DNA of 64,000 nucleotides from an uncultured Gammaproteobacteria bacterium (lineage in GTDB: Bacteria; Patescibacteriota; Microgenomatia; Daviesbacterales; UBA10151), in the NCBI GenBank assembly GCA_964390595.1, contig CAYMIA010000004.1, positions 4,023-68,022 on the forward strand, read 5' to 3'. Below the pieces are notes generated by a model. That model saw only the letters and a list, made by a program, of their open reading frames with translations. It was not told the DNA's origin and searched no databases. The position numbers and the translations under genes were made by a program. Positions 9,394 to 19,191 of this stretch are shown one piece after another (positions within the stretch are counted from its first letter, which is position 1; the number at the start of each line of letters is the position of its first letter).

Positions 9394-11071
9394 GCGGAAA
9401 AATTTAGTAATTCTGATAGCCTTAGTAATTTTAATCATTCCGACTTTTTGGAGGATGCTTCGTCCAGGAATATTTTCCATGCAGGACTTTCACATCTTTC
9501 GGCTTTTTGAGTACCACAAATGTGTACTGGATTTGCAAATTCCTTGCCGGTTTAGTCCAGATGCTTCGTTTGAATATGGTCAGCCGATCTTTAATTTTTA
9601 TGGGCAGCTCAGTTATGCTTTTGGAGAGGTCTTTCTTTTTCTGGGAGCTTCCCACATTGATACTTTAAAAATTTTATTTGCCCTTTCCTTGATATTATCT
9701 GGCCTGTCAATGTTTCTGCTTTCAAAGCAGATGTGGAAGAGTAATTTGGCGGCACTGGTTAGCGCTTTGGTTTATGTTTACGCGCCTTACCGGGCTGTTG
9801 ATGTGTATGTTCGGGGAGCCTTGCCTGAAGCATTTGCTTTTATTTTCTTTCCTTTAATCATTTATTTTTTGAACCGCTTTATTTCGAATCAAAGACAGCG
9901 TGATTTGGTATTTTTTTCTTTAACTTTGGCTGGTTTGATTTTGACACATAACATCTCAGCGTTAATGTTTACCATCTTCCTAGTTATATGGGGAGTGTTT
10001 GTAATCGTTAAAAATCGAGCTTGGAAAGTAATTCCTAAGCTTTTAGTTTCCTGTCTGTTAATCCTTGGTTTGGTGAGCTTTTACATCCTGCCGGTAATTG
10101 GAGAAAGTTCTTATACATCTTTGAATGCGACCACTCAAGGTTATTTTCAATACATCAATCATTATGTCACTCTAAATCAGCTGCTGTTTTCACGGTTTTG
10201 GGGTTATGGAGGGTCAGGCTTTGGAGATCAGGATGGGTTGAGTTTGTCAGTTGGACACTTGCAGTGGATCCTGCCTATTATTGGAGTTTTATTGCTGCTG
10301 GTTTTGCGTAAATGGAGAGAATATAGTGGAGCTCTAGTTTTGTTTGGATTGGGTTGGTTGTTTTTATTTTTGACTCATAATAAATCAACGCCGATCTGGC
10401 AGCTTATTTCACCATTTCATTACATTCAGTTTCCTTGGCGGTTTTTAGGGATGGCTGTTTTTAGTTTCGCGCTTGGTAGTGGAGTGATCATTACATTGAT
10501 CCGCCAGAATTTCTGGCAGAAAATGGCAGTAATTATTATTTGTGTAATGGTCATTGGTTTGAATTTTGGATTTTTCTTTGAAGATCTGTGGTTTAAGATC
10601 GATGATAGGGCTCAATTTAGCGGTAAGAATTATGAACAATTAATTAGCGCCTCGATTGAAGATTACTGGCCAAGATATGGGGCACATGTACCAAGCAAAA
10701 TAGCGCCAAAAGATCCATTGGTGACAGAGGGGGTTGGTTCATCCAAACCAGTTAGTAAATCCACCAATCAGGCTAAATATAATGTGGATATTAGGTCAAA
10801 ACAGGCCTTAGTGACTATTCCGGTAGTTTATTTTCCAGGTTGGGTGGGGTTTGTTGACGGTAAACCCACTAGTATTTTTCCTGAACCAGATTTGGGAGCG
10901 ATCACTTTTCAAGTTCCTCAGGGATTTCATACTGTTTCAGTTAAATTTACTGACACTCCAGTTCGGGTTATTGGCAATCTAATCTCCTTTTTAACTATTT
11001 TTTTATTCTGCCTGATCTTTTTTAAATATGAACTGATTAAAAAATACTATGAAAAAGTTTTTAAGAGATAA
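9356..11071 (+). CDS. polytopic membrane protein, standalone paralog of the C-terminal membrane domain of the preceding GT2 fusion (GT-C-like)
   Basis: FSMQDFHIFRLFEYHKCVLDLQIPCRFSPDASFEYGQPIFNFYGQ and YIQFPWRFLGM match the upstream fusion protein. The C-terminal VYFPGWVGFVDGKP motif resembles the C-terminal beta-domain of YfhO/AftD-like proteins. The start could be 9356 or the ATG at 9371. Confidence 0.55.
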   Translation: MLGLKMLANQLFKRKNLVILIALVILIIPTFWRMLRPGIFSMQDFHIFRLFEYHKCVLDLQIPCRFSPDASFEYGQPIFNFYGQLSYAFGEVFLFLGASHIDTLKILFALSLILSGLSMFLLSKQMWKSNLAALVSALVYVYAPYRAVDVYVRGALPEAFAFIFFPLIIYFLNRFISNQRQRDLVFFSLTLAGLILTHNISALMFTIFLVIWGVFVIVKNRAWKVIPKLLVSCLLILGLVSFYILPVIGESSYTSLNATTQGYFQYINHYVTLNQLLFSRFWGYGGSGFGDQDGLSLSVGHLQWILPIIGVLLLLVLRKWREYSGALVLFGLGWLFLFLTHNKSTPIWQLISPFHYIQFPWRFLGMAVFSFALGSGVIITLIRQNFWQKMAVIIICVMVIGLNFGFFFEDLWFKIDDRAQFSGKNYEQLISASIEDYWPRYGAHVPSKIAPKDPLVTEGVGSSKPVSKSTNQAKYNVDIRSKQALVTIPVVYFPGWVGFVDGKPTSIFPEPDLGAITFQVPQGFHTVSVKFTDTPVRVIGNLISFLTIFLFCLIFFKYELIKKYYEKVFKR

Positions 11072-12659
11072 CCTAGCTTTAATTCTGATACTGATTTTGG
11101 GAGGGTTCTTGATATTCTGGGGGAGTGTGCCTCCCTCTCTGAATTGGGATGAGGCTTCCTTGGGGTATAATGCCTATTCAATTTTAAAAACTGGCCGGGA
11201 TGAATGGGGCAGGGTAATGCCGCTGAGCTTTGAAGCCTTTGGAGATTACAAGCTACCAGGTTATATCTATACTTTAGTTCACTTTGAAGCGATCTTTGGA
11301 TTGCATCCTTGGGTGGTGAGACTCCCATCACAGCTAGCTGGACTTATTTCAATTGGTTTACTGTATTTAATCATTTGGAAAATGACTAAAAATAAAAGAT
11401 GGGCAGTTGCAGCAGGTTTACTTCTGGCTATTTCCCCCTGGCATAGTTTAGTTTCTAGAGTGGCCTTAGAAGCTAATTTGGCTTTGAGTTTTTTTCTGGC
11501 TGCCTTATATTTTGGTATCTTAGGTTTTAAGAAAAGAAGGTTTTGGCTCTTTGCCAGTGTTTTGCTGGGACTCTCTTTATTTACCTATAATTCAGCCAGA
11601 CTTTTTATTCCACTTTTTTTAATTTCTGCTGTAATAATTTACTGGAAAAAGATAATTCAACTAAAACGGTCGCTGGTTTTACCAGGGTTGATACTTTTAC
11701 CTTTTTTTCTGGGGGCGGTTTATCTAGCTGTTTTTGTAGATAGCAGTTCTAGATACTACTGGATAAGTATTGTTGATCAAGGTGCAATTAATTATTTAAA
11801 TGAGTCGAGAGCTCAAAGCCAGTGGCCAGAGGCTGTGACTAAATTGGTTTTTAACAGATTTACCTATTTTGGCTTTAAAGCTGGGGGGAATTACTTGAGC
11901 TATTTTTCCCCGCAATATCTGTTTTTTTCAGGTGGATCAAACTATCAATTTTCAACGCCTGGTTATGGAGAACTTTATCTGATAGAGTTTCCTTTTTTGA
12001 TTTTTGGATTATTTCAGTTGTTAAAAAAAAGATACCGCTTCGGTATATTACTGGCTTGGTTTTTAATTGCTCCAATTTCAGCTTCAATAACTAGAGAAGC
12101 ACCACATGTTTTAAGATCACTGTTTTTTCTGGCTGTTTTACCAATCATCTCTGGTTTAGGGTTGTTGTCACTCATTGATCTATTTAAAAGAAACACATAT
12201 AGAAAAATAGCTGTTGGATTTGTATCTTTGTTTTTTTTGTTAAGCGCCGGTCTATATTTTTACAATTACTTTAAAGTTTATCCAGTGAAATATTCTCAGT
12301 CTTTTCAATATGGGATGAAACAAGTAGTTGAGTATGTTAATACCCATCCTGGGAAGGTCATTTATATATCTAAACATTCAGGTGAACCGCATATTTTTTA
12401 TCTTTTTTTCAGCCAATACGATCCAGCTAGATACCAAAACAATCCAACTTTGATTAGATACGCAAAGAGTAACTGGAGATGGGTGGATAGAATTGATAAT
12501 ATATATTTTGTGAATGATTGGGAAGTTAAGAATAAGTTAAAAAATCAAGTTGGGGTGATTTTAATCACCTCTCCTGGAAATTATCCTAATGGGTGGAAAG
12601 TCCAAGAATCAATTTATTACTTAGATGGTACCAAAGCTTTTGATGTTGTTTCGGCCTAA
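11049..12659 (+). CDS. ArnT/PMT-family GT-C membrane glycosyltransferase (paralog 2)
   Basis: NWDEASLGYNAYSILKTGRDEWGRVMPLSFEAFGDYKLPGYIYTLV is the conserved family loop. It is multi-TM and overlaps the upstream gene by 23 nt. Confidence 0.7.
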   Translation: MKKFLRDNLALILILILGGFLIFWGSVPPSLNWDEASLGYNAYSILKTGRDEWGRVMPLSFEAFGDYKLPGYIYTLVHFEAIFGLHPWVVRLPSQLAGLISIGLLYLIIWKMTKNKRWAVAAGLLLAISPWHSLVSRVALEANLALSFFLAALYFGILGFKKRRFWLFASVLLGLSLFTYNSARLFIPLFLISAVIIYWKKIIQLKRSLVLPGLILLPFFLGAVYLAVFVDSSSRYYWISIVDQGAINYLNESRAQSQWPEAVTKLVFNRFTYFGFKAGGNYLSYFSPQYLFFSGGSNYQFSTPGYGELYLIEFPFLIFGLFQLLKKRYRFGILLAWFLIAPISASITREAPHVLRSLFFLAVLPIISGLGLLSLIDLFKRNTYRKIAVGFVSLFFLLSAGLYFYNYFKVYPVKYSQSFQYGMKQVVEYVNTHPGKVIYISKHSGEPHIFYLFFSQYDPARYQNNPTLIRYAKSNWRWVDRIDNIYFVNDWEVKNKLKNQVGVILITSPGNYPNGWKVQESIYYLDGTKAFDVVSA

Positions 12660-14334
12660 TATAATTTTGAGCGGGCTGGTTTTAATCCTTTTACTAGGTG
12701 GACTGCTTAGAGCTTATCAGATTGGTAGTAATCCACCAGGTTTAACTTGGGATGAGGCCTCCTTTGGTTATAACGCCTATTCAATTTTAAAAACAGGTAA
12801 AGATGAATACGGCAATTTTTTGCCATTACAACTTAAATCTTTTGGTGACTATAAACCAGCAGTTTATACTTACCTCTCGATTCCATTTATAGCCACCTTA
12901 GGTTTAACTGAAACCGCTGTTAGGTTGCCAAATGTTATATTGGGGACTTTAACAATATTGATGGTTTATCTTTTGGTTAACTTACTTTTTAAGAATAAGT
13001 TTCTGGCTTTGGCCTGCGCCTTGATGATGGCGATTTCGCCTTACGCGATTCAATTTTCGCGTCCAGCTTATGAGGTTAGTACAGCTTTGTTTTTTAATAT
13101 TTCAGCGGCTTATTTTTTTGTCCGGGGGTTAAAAAAACCGCAATTTTTTATATTGTCGGCTTTATTTTTTGGATTATCACTTTTTACCTATCAAGCCTCC
13201 AGGCTGTTTGTGCCATTGATAGTTTTGGCTTTAGTTATTACCAATATAAAAGAACTGAAGCTATCCAAGTTTTTGGTGGCATCTGGGGTAACGCTGGCAG
13301 TTTTTATGGCTTTGGCTGGTTTGCTGATTATACTTTTCCATCAGTCTAATCGAATTGCTGCAACCAGCTATTTTAAATATGCTGATAACAGGGCTACCAT
13401 TTCCCTGGCTAAACAAGAGAGCCCGAATGGTTATTCGAATTTAGGATTTCAGATCTTGCATGGAGATTGGTTTTACAACATTAGGGGGCTTGGGGAGCAT
13501 TATTTGATCTATTTTTCCCCATCAATTTTATTTGTTAATGGTGATTATGATCTGAGACACAAAGTTCCAGACTTGGGAGTTTTGTATTATATATCAGCAG
13601 TATTGATACCCCTTGGACTGGTTTTGGCCTTCAAAAAAAAGGAATCAAAGATTATTCTACTCTGGCTTTTGATTGCTCCACTGCCTGCAGTGCTTTCCAG
13701 GGATTTAATTAATTTTCAGCGGGCTTTTAATTTAAGTTTACCTCTATCTGTGCTGGAGGGGTTTGGGTTATATTTTCTGGTCAAGTACCTACTAACTTTA
13801 CCAAAAGTTAAATCCAGTATCCTTCTTTCTATAGTTAGTTTGGTAATTTTGGGAAATTTTTTAATCTATCTGGACCGGTATTTTGTTCATGGTCCAAAGG
13901 AACTTTCCAGAGGTTGGTTGTATGGTTACAAAGAAGTAATGTTGGGTTTAGCGCCTGAGAAGTACCAGCAAGTTATTATGACAGATTTTTATAAACAACC
14001 ATATATTTTCTATCTATTTTATAAACAGTATCCGCCTGAAAAGTTCCAAAAACAGGCAGTTTTGGATCAGCCAACTGCAGATGTAGGAGAGATTAAAAGG
14101 ATTGATAATATTGAGTTTAGACATGTTTATTTTCCTGATGATAGAAATCTGAAGAATACCTTGCTGATTGGGATAGAAGATGAGTTGCCAGATAATGATG
14201 TTAAGGGAGCGCAGGGTAGTCAGTTAATTGGTCAAATTAACTTTTTAGATCAGACACCAGCTTTTAGAATAGTGGAGAATGAATCTTCACGAGCAGGTAC
14301 TCGCAGCTTTTCTTCTGGAGAAAAAAATAGATGA
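12625..14334 (+). CDS. ArnT/PMT-family GT-C membrane glycosyltransferase (paralog 3)
   Basis: LTWDEASFGYNAYSILKTGKDEYGNFLPLQLKSFGDYKPAVYTYL. It is multi-TM. The alternative start at ATG 12643 is also possible. Confidence 0.7.
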   Translation: MVPKLLMLFRPNIILSGLVLILLLGGLLRAYQIGSNPPGLTWDEASFGYNAYSILKTGKDEYGNFLPLQLKSFGDYKPAVYTYLSIPFIATLGLTETAVRLPNVILGTLTILMVYLLVNLLFKNKFLALACALMMAISPYAIQFSRPAYEVSTALFFNISAAYFFVRGLKKPQFFILSALFFGLSLFTYQASRLFVPLIVLALVITNIKELKLSKFLVASGVTLAVFMALAGLLIILFHQSNRIAATSYFKYADNRATISLAKQESPNGYSNLGFQILHGDWFYNIRGLGEHYLIYFSPSILFVNGDYDLRHKVPDLGVLYYISAVLIPLGLVLAFKKKESKIILLWLLIAPLPAVLSRDLINFQRAFNLSLPLSVLEGFGLYFLVKYLLTLPKVKSSILLSIVSLVILGNFLIYLDRYFVHGPKELSRGWLYGYKEVMLGLAPEKYQQVIMTDFYKQPYIFYLFYKQYPPEKFQKQAVLDQPTADVGEIKRIDNIEFRHVYFPDDRNLKNTLLIGIEDELPDNDVKGAQGSQLIGQINFLDQTPAFRIVENESSRAGTRSFSSGEKNR

Positions 14335-15962
14335 AATTATTCTGGCAAAAATATTGGATCAGTTTGATATTGGTGGCCATTTTGGGGTTGGGACTTTTTT
14401 TGCGGACAGCTTGGTTAAGTAGCTTCCCAGCTGGGTTTAACGCTGATGAAGCGGCAATTGGCTACAATGCTTACTCTTTACTCCAAACAGGTAAGGATGA
14501 ATATGGAACAGCGTTTCCACTGGCCTTTAAATCATTCGGGGATTTTAAACCGGGACTTTATTTTTATTTTGTCTTACCTTTTGTGGCTATTTTTGGATTA
14601 ACTGAGTTAGCAGTGCGTTTACCCTCAGCTCTTTTTGGGGTGGGGACTATCTTTTTGATTTTTCTGCTTTCAAATGAGGTCTTTAAAGACCGGAGAATTG
14701 GACTAATCAGTGCTTTTTTGCTTTCAATTACTCCTTGGCATATTCATTTTAGTAGAGGTGGATGGGAGACTAATGTTGCCACTTTTTTTATAACTTTAGG
14801 CGTTTTTCTTTTTATAAAGGGCTTGCGGTCAAATTGGGTGATGTTTTGGAGTCTATTTTCTTTTCTGATCTCGATGTATCTTTACCAATCACCCCGGTTG
14901 GTAGTGCCAGTTTTGGTTTTAGGTTTAGGATTATTTTTTAGGAAGCAGCTTAAAGTTAACTTTAAAGCCAAAATTAAATATCTAATTGTCCTTTTGGTTT
15001 TAACGGTTCCACTAGTTTTACAATTTACCTCTGGTGGTGGAAGCTCACGCTTTTCAGGTCTGTCTTTTTTGTCTGATGCTGGGCCTAAGTCCCGGGTGGA
15101 GCAGCTGCGGGGTGAGCATGATAGCAAATTAATTGCCACTCTTTTACATAATAAAGTGACAGGTTATGGAACTAATTTTTTAGGACATTATTTGGATCAT
15201 TTTAGTTTAGATTTCTTATTTATTAATGGGGATCCATTGATCCGCAATAAAGTTCCAGAGGTTGGTCAGTTTTATCTAATTGAGGCTTTGTTTTTGGTGG
15301 TTGGATTTTGGGGGTTGGTTAAACAGAAAATTAAATTAGGGCTTTTATTAATTCTTTGGATATTGATCTCGCCGCTTGCCTCTTCACTGACTTACCAAAC
15401 GCCAAGTGCGCTTAGAGCATTAAGTATGGTTGTGCCGTTAACTATGATCATGGGGTTTGGATTGTGGAGCTTGCTAACCTCGGTTAAAAAATTACCTTGG
15501 CGGTTTTTAGCAGTTGGTTTAATTGGAGTAATTTTAATTTTTGAAACAGCCCACTACCTGGATGCTTATTTTATTCATTACCCAAAACGATACCCGCTAT
15601 CATGGGAGTATGGATTTAATCAAATGGTTGATAAGTTGCAACAATATCAGAGTCAATATAAAAGAGTGGTTATAACTGACCGTTATGATCAACCCTACAT
15701 TCTGGTTTTGTTTTATGAAAAATATGACCCTAAAAAATATCAGCCCCAAGCTAAGTTAACTGACCGGGACAAATTTAATTTTGGGACTGTCAGGAGTTTT
15801 GATAAATATGAATTTCACAGTATTACTACCAAAGAGTTTAAGGGAGCTAAGGACACACTTTTTATTGGAACAGAAAGTGAGATAGAAGACAAGGCCCGGA
15901 TATTTGATAGAATTAAATTTCCAAACGGAGAAGACGTCTTTGTATTTGCCAAGAGTGATTAA
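14331..15962 (+). CDS. ArnT/PMT-family GT-C membrane glycosyltransferase (paralog 4)
   Basis: FNADEAAIGYNAYSLLQTGKDEYGTAFPLAFKSFGDFKPGLYFY. It is multi-TM and the start overlaps the upstream stop (ATGA). Confidence 0.7.
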   Translation: MKLFWQKYWISLILVAILGLGLFLRTAWLSSFPAGFNADEAAIGYNAYSLLQTGKDEYGTAFPLAFKSFGDFKPGLYFYFVLPFVAIFGLTELAVRLPSALFGVGTIFLIFLLSNEVFKDRRIGLISAFLLSITPWHIHFSRGGWETNVATFFITLGVFLFIKGLRSNWVMFWSLFSFLISMYLYQSPRLVVPVLVLGLGLFFRKQLKVNFKAKIKYLIVLLVLTVPLVLQFTSGGGSSRFSGLSFLSDAGPKSRVEQLRGEHDSKLIATLLHNKVTGYGTNFLGHYLDHFSLDFLFINGDPLIRNKVPEVGQFYLIEALFLVVGFWGLVKQKIKLGLLLILWILISPLASSLTYQTPSALRALSMVVPLTMIMGFGLWSLLTSVKKLPWRFLAVGLIGVILIFETAHYLDAYFIHYPKRYPLSWEYGFNQMVDKLQQYQSQYKRVVITDRYDQPYILVLFYEKYDPKKYQPQAKLTDRDKFNFGTVRSFDKYEFHSITTKEFKGAKDTLFIGTESEIEDKARIFDRIKFPNGEDVFVFAKSD

Positions 15963-15965
15963 ATT

Positions 15966-16826
15966 ATGTCAATAAAAATATCGGCAGCAATAGCGACATT
16001 TAATGAAGAAGATAATATTAGAGATTGTTTAAATTCAATCAAAGAAATTGTCGATGAGATCGTCATTGTTGACGGGACTTCAACTGACAGAACAGTTGAG
16101 ATAGCTAAAGAATTTGGTGCCAAAGTTATTATCAAAGATAACCCAGCTAATTTTCATATTAATAAACAGCGATCGTTTGAGGAGTGTAGTGGCGAGTGGA
16201 TTTTGTATCTGGATGCAGATGAGCGGGTTTCTAAAAAATTGGCTAATGAGATAGTCAGTGTAACTCAGATGGATCAAGAAGAACTGGCCAAATATCAAAT
16301 GAAACTACCACACAGAAAACTTTTTTTAAGACATCAGAAGTTAGTAGAGCGACGTGATGGAAATGTCGGAACAGGGGAGGGAGATTATGTAGCTTTTTTC
16401 TTTCCTAGGTTGAACTTTTTTTTGGGGAAATATTTGAGGTATGGTGGAGTTTATCCTGATGGGGTGATTAGGTTCTTTAAAAGAGGCCGAGCCTATTTGC
16501 CAGCCAAAGATGTGCATGAGCAGATGGTGGTTGAGGGGAAAGTCGGTTGGCTTGAACATGACCTACTTCATATTGATTCTCCGACCTTTGGCCGCTATTT
16601 AAAGAGAAATACCCGTTATGTCCAACTTTTAGCGGACCAATTAGCTGATGAAAAAGTTGGAAAAAATTTCCAACAGTTGGTAAATTATATGCTCATCAAA
16701 CCAATACTTTGGTTTTTAATGACTCAAATCCGTCACAAAGGGATTCTGGATGGAATCCCTGGGATTATCTTTTCTTTTTTCTCTGCTCTTAGATTTCCTA
16801 GAGCATATATCTTATACTTAAGATAA
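15966..16826 (+). CDS. family 2 glycosyltransferase
   Basis: ISAAIATFNEEDNIRDCLNSIKEIVDEIVIVDGTSTDRT and a YLDADE motif. It is a paralog of the 241 and 2011 genes. Confidence 0.8.
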   Translation: MSIKISAAIATFNEEDNIRDCLNSIKEIVDEIVIVDGTSTDRTVEIAKEFGAKVIIKDNPANFHINKQRSFEECSGEWILYLDADERVSKKLANEIVSVTQMDQEELAKYQMKLPHRKLFLRHQKLVERRDGNVGTGEGDYVAFFFPRLNFFLGKYLRYGGVYPDGVIRFFKRGRAYLPAKDVHEQMVVEGKVGWLEHDLLHIDSPTFGRYLKRNTRYVQLLADQLADEKVGKNFQQLVNYMLIKPILWFLMTQIRHKGILDGIPGIIFSFFSALRFPRAYILYLR

Positions 16827-16830
16827 GTTT

Positions 16831-17871
16831 ATGAAAATAGGAATTTATTCTCCAGTAGAGCCTTTGGGCCATAGTGGCAGAGGAATTGGTAATTATATTG
16901 TCAATTTAATAGAGGCACTCTCTAGGCGGCATGATTTAGAGGTAGTTGAGTTTAAAAATTCAGCAAAATTACCCGAAGTTGATTTAATTCATTATCCTTT
17001 TTTTGATTTTTTTGACCGGACGCTACCCTTGATAAAGTCTCTTCCGACTGTGGTGACCATTCATGATGTGACACCACTTTTATTTCCTGAACATTATCCG
17101 CCAGGAATCCGGGGTAGAATTAACTTGGCATTTCAAAAGCAATCTTTGAAAAGTGTTGGTGCAATTATAACTGATTCAAAGGTCTCTAAAAAGGATATTA
17201 CATCAGTTTTAAAAGTTTCCGAAGAAAAGATCTTCGTGACTTATTTATCGGCCGCCAAAGATTTTAAAGTGATTGAGGATAAAAAAGTTTTAACAGACAT
17301 AAAAACCAAATATAACTTACCTGAGAAATTTGGACTTTTTATAGGTAATGTCAACTGGAATAAGAATATCCTTAATCTGGCAAGAGCTTGTGCGCAGGCC
17401 CACTTGCCGCTGGTTTTAGTGGGTAAGAGCTTTGAGCAAAGAGATAACTTAAAACACCCGGAGATGAGAAGTTTTACCCAATTTTTGAAGGAATTTAAGG
17501 GTAACCCTTTGGTTTTGATGCTAGGCTTTGTGCCAACAGCAGATTTGGTGGGGATTTTGAATTTAGCCTCAGTTTTTTTATTTCCATCTTTTTATGAAGG
17601 ATTTGGGATGCCTGTTCTGGAGGCGCAAGCCTGTAGGGTACCCGTTATTACTTCAAACAGAGCCTCATTACCTGAGGTGGCAGGGGGAGGAGCTTTGTTT
17701 GTTGATCCATATTCAGTTGAGGAGATCGCCCGGATGATAACCAAGCTGCTATCAGATCAAGCACTGCAAAAAGATTTGATCAAAAAAGGAGTGGAAAATT
17801 TTCATAAGTTTTCTTGGGAGAAAACAGCTGAGGAGACTGTCTTGGCCTACCGGTTTGTACTTAGGATTTGA
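16831..17871 (+). CDS. family 4 glycosyltransferase
   Basis: The C-terminal FPSFYEGFGMPVLEAQACRVPVITSNRASLPEV is the GT4 EX7E region. Confidence 0.75.
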   Translation: MKIGIYSPVEPLGHSGRGIGNYIVNLIEALSRRHDLEVVEFKNSAKLPEVDLIHYPFFDFFDRTLPLIKSLPTVVTIHDVTPLLFPEHYPPGIRGRINLAFQKQSLKSVGAIITDSKVSKKDITSVLKVSEEKIFVTYLSAAKDFKVIEDKKVLTDIKTKYNLPEKFGLFIGNVNWNKNILNLARACAQAHLPLVLVGKSFEQRDNLKHPEMRSFTQFLKEFKGNPLVLMLGFVPTADLVGILNLASVFLFPSFYEGFGMPVLEAQACRVPVITSNRASLPEVAGGGALFVDPYSVEEIARMITKLLSDQALQKDLIKKGVENFHKFSWEKTAEETVLAYRFVLRI

Positions 17872-17874
17872 GGG

Positions 17875-17891
17875 ATGAGGCAAAGCCTCTT
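17875..17891 (+). terminator. short GC hairpin motif ATGAGGCAAAGCCTCTT (GAGGC-AAA-GCCTC + TT), copy 1
   Basis: A 5-bp stem with a 3-nt loop, directly after the stop of the 16831-17871 GT4 gene. It lies in the 57-nt gap before the Wzx gene. The same 17-mer recurs at 56023. Confidence 0.3.
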
Positions 17892-17928
17892 GTAAGCGGA
17901 GCTTGATGCTACGCATTAGAATGCCACA

Positions 17929-19182
17929 ATGAAAAAAAAGATTCAATTACTGCTAAATAATCAGCTGCTTGGTAACAGCGTCTTAATGATAATTGGTTTT
18001 AACGGTGGGAATGCGATCAATTATCTATACCACTTGATTATGGCTAGAATTTTAGGGCCGGCTCATTACGGAGAGTTAGCCACCTTAATAAATGTGATTG
18101 GGATTGTTAGCATGATACCAGCTTCGCTGTCTTTGGTAATTGTTAAGTTTGTATCGTCGGCTAAGTCGGCTGATCAGATTAGCGGGTTACTTAATTGGTT
18201 CGTCAAAAAAACTTATATCGCATCCGGTGTTGTTTCATTGGTTTTTTTAATTCTTAGTCCAGTTTTAGCTAAGTTTTTAAATATTGATAATGTATCACTG
18301 CTAGTGATTCTAGCTTTGACGTTTTTATTTATTTTACCAGCGCTTTTTTATCGTTCAGTTTTGCAGGGACTTTTAAAATTTAAAGAATATGTTATCTCGG
18401 TTTTATCTGAGAATACAATTAAATTAGTCTTTGGAATAGGGTTTGTTTTAGCTGGTTTTTCTGTTTTTGGAGCGATGATTGGATTTGTAGCTGCCACTTG
18501 TTTGGGGTTTTTTCTGAGCAGACACTTTATTAGGATACACCGTAGCCGGGATGTTCAGCCACCCAATTTAGGGAGTCTCTTTAGCTACTCGTTGCCAGTG
18601 CTGATTCAGTCAGTGGCGGTTACATCTTTACTATCAGTTGATGTCATTTTAGTGAAACATTTTTTTGATTCTTACCAAACCGGAATTTATGCAGCTTTTT
18701 CATCTTTAGGAAAGATTATCTTTTATGGTGCCGGACCGATCAGCGCGGTGATGTTTCCTCTGGCTTCGGCCAAAGCTGCCCGCGGCGAAAGTTCGTCAAG
18801 GGTATTTTTATATAGCGTTGGCGCAACTGCGCTACTTGTTTTTGGGGTGGTGTTGATTTATCTATTCTTTCCGAGACTCGCTATTAATATTCCTTTTGGG
18901 AGCTCATATCTGCAGTATTCACAACTGCTAGTTTATTTTGGTTTGTTTATGGGAATGTTTACAATTGGCTATTTATTTACCAACTACTTTTTATCAATCT
19001 CTAAGACTAAAGCGATTGTTTTACCAGTAATAGCTGCTCTAGTTCAGGTAGTTGGGATATTTATTTTTCATAAAAGTTTGCAGTCGGTCATATTAGTTTC
19101 ACTTTTTGCTGGGTTTTTACTGCTTGTTTCATCAGTTGGCTATTTCTTATATCTCTTGCAAACTGACAAAAAAATAGGCTAA
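17929..19182 (+). CDS. Wzx-like oligosaccharide flippase (MOP/polysaccharide biosynthesis protein family)
   Basis: About 12 TM helices at 417 aa. The N-terminal LGNSVLMIIGFNGGNAINYLYHLIMARILGPAHYGELATL matches the Polysacc_synt N-terminal signature. Confidence 0.7.
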   Translation: MKKKIQLLLNNQLLGNSVLMIIGFNGGNAINYLYHLIMARILGPAHYGELATLINVIGIVSMIPASLSLVIVKFVSSAKSADQISGLLNWFVKKTYIASGVVSLVFLILSPVLAKFLNIDNVSLLVILALTFLFILPALFYRSVLQGLLKFKEYVISVLSENTIKLVFGIGFVLAGFSVFGAMIGFVAATCLGFFLSRHFIRIHRSRDVQPPNLGSLFSYSLPVLIQSVAVTSLLSVDVILVKHFFDSYQTGIYAAFSSLGKIIFYGAGPISAVMFPLASAKAARGESSSRVFLYSVGATALLVFGVVLIYLFFPRLAINIPFGSSYLQYSQLLVYFGLFMGMFTIGYLFTNYFLSISKTKAIVLPVIAALVQVVGIFIFHKSLQSVILVSLFAGFLLLVSSVGYFLYLLQTDKKIG

Positions 19183-19191
19183 GCTTGGCGT

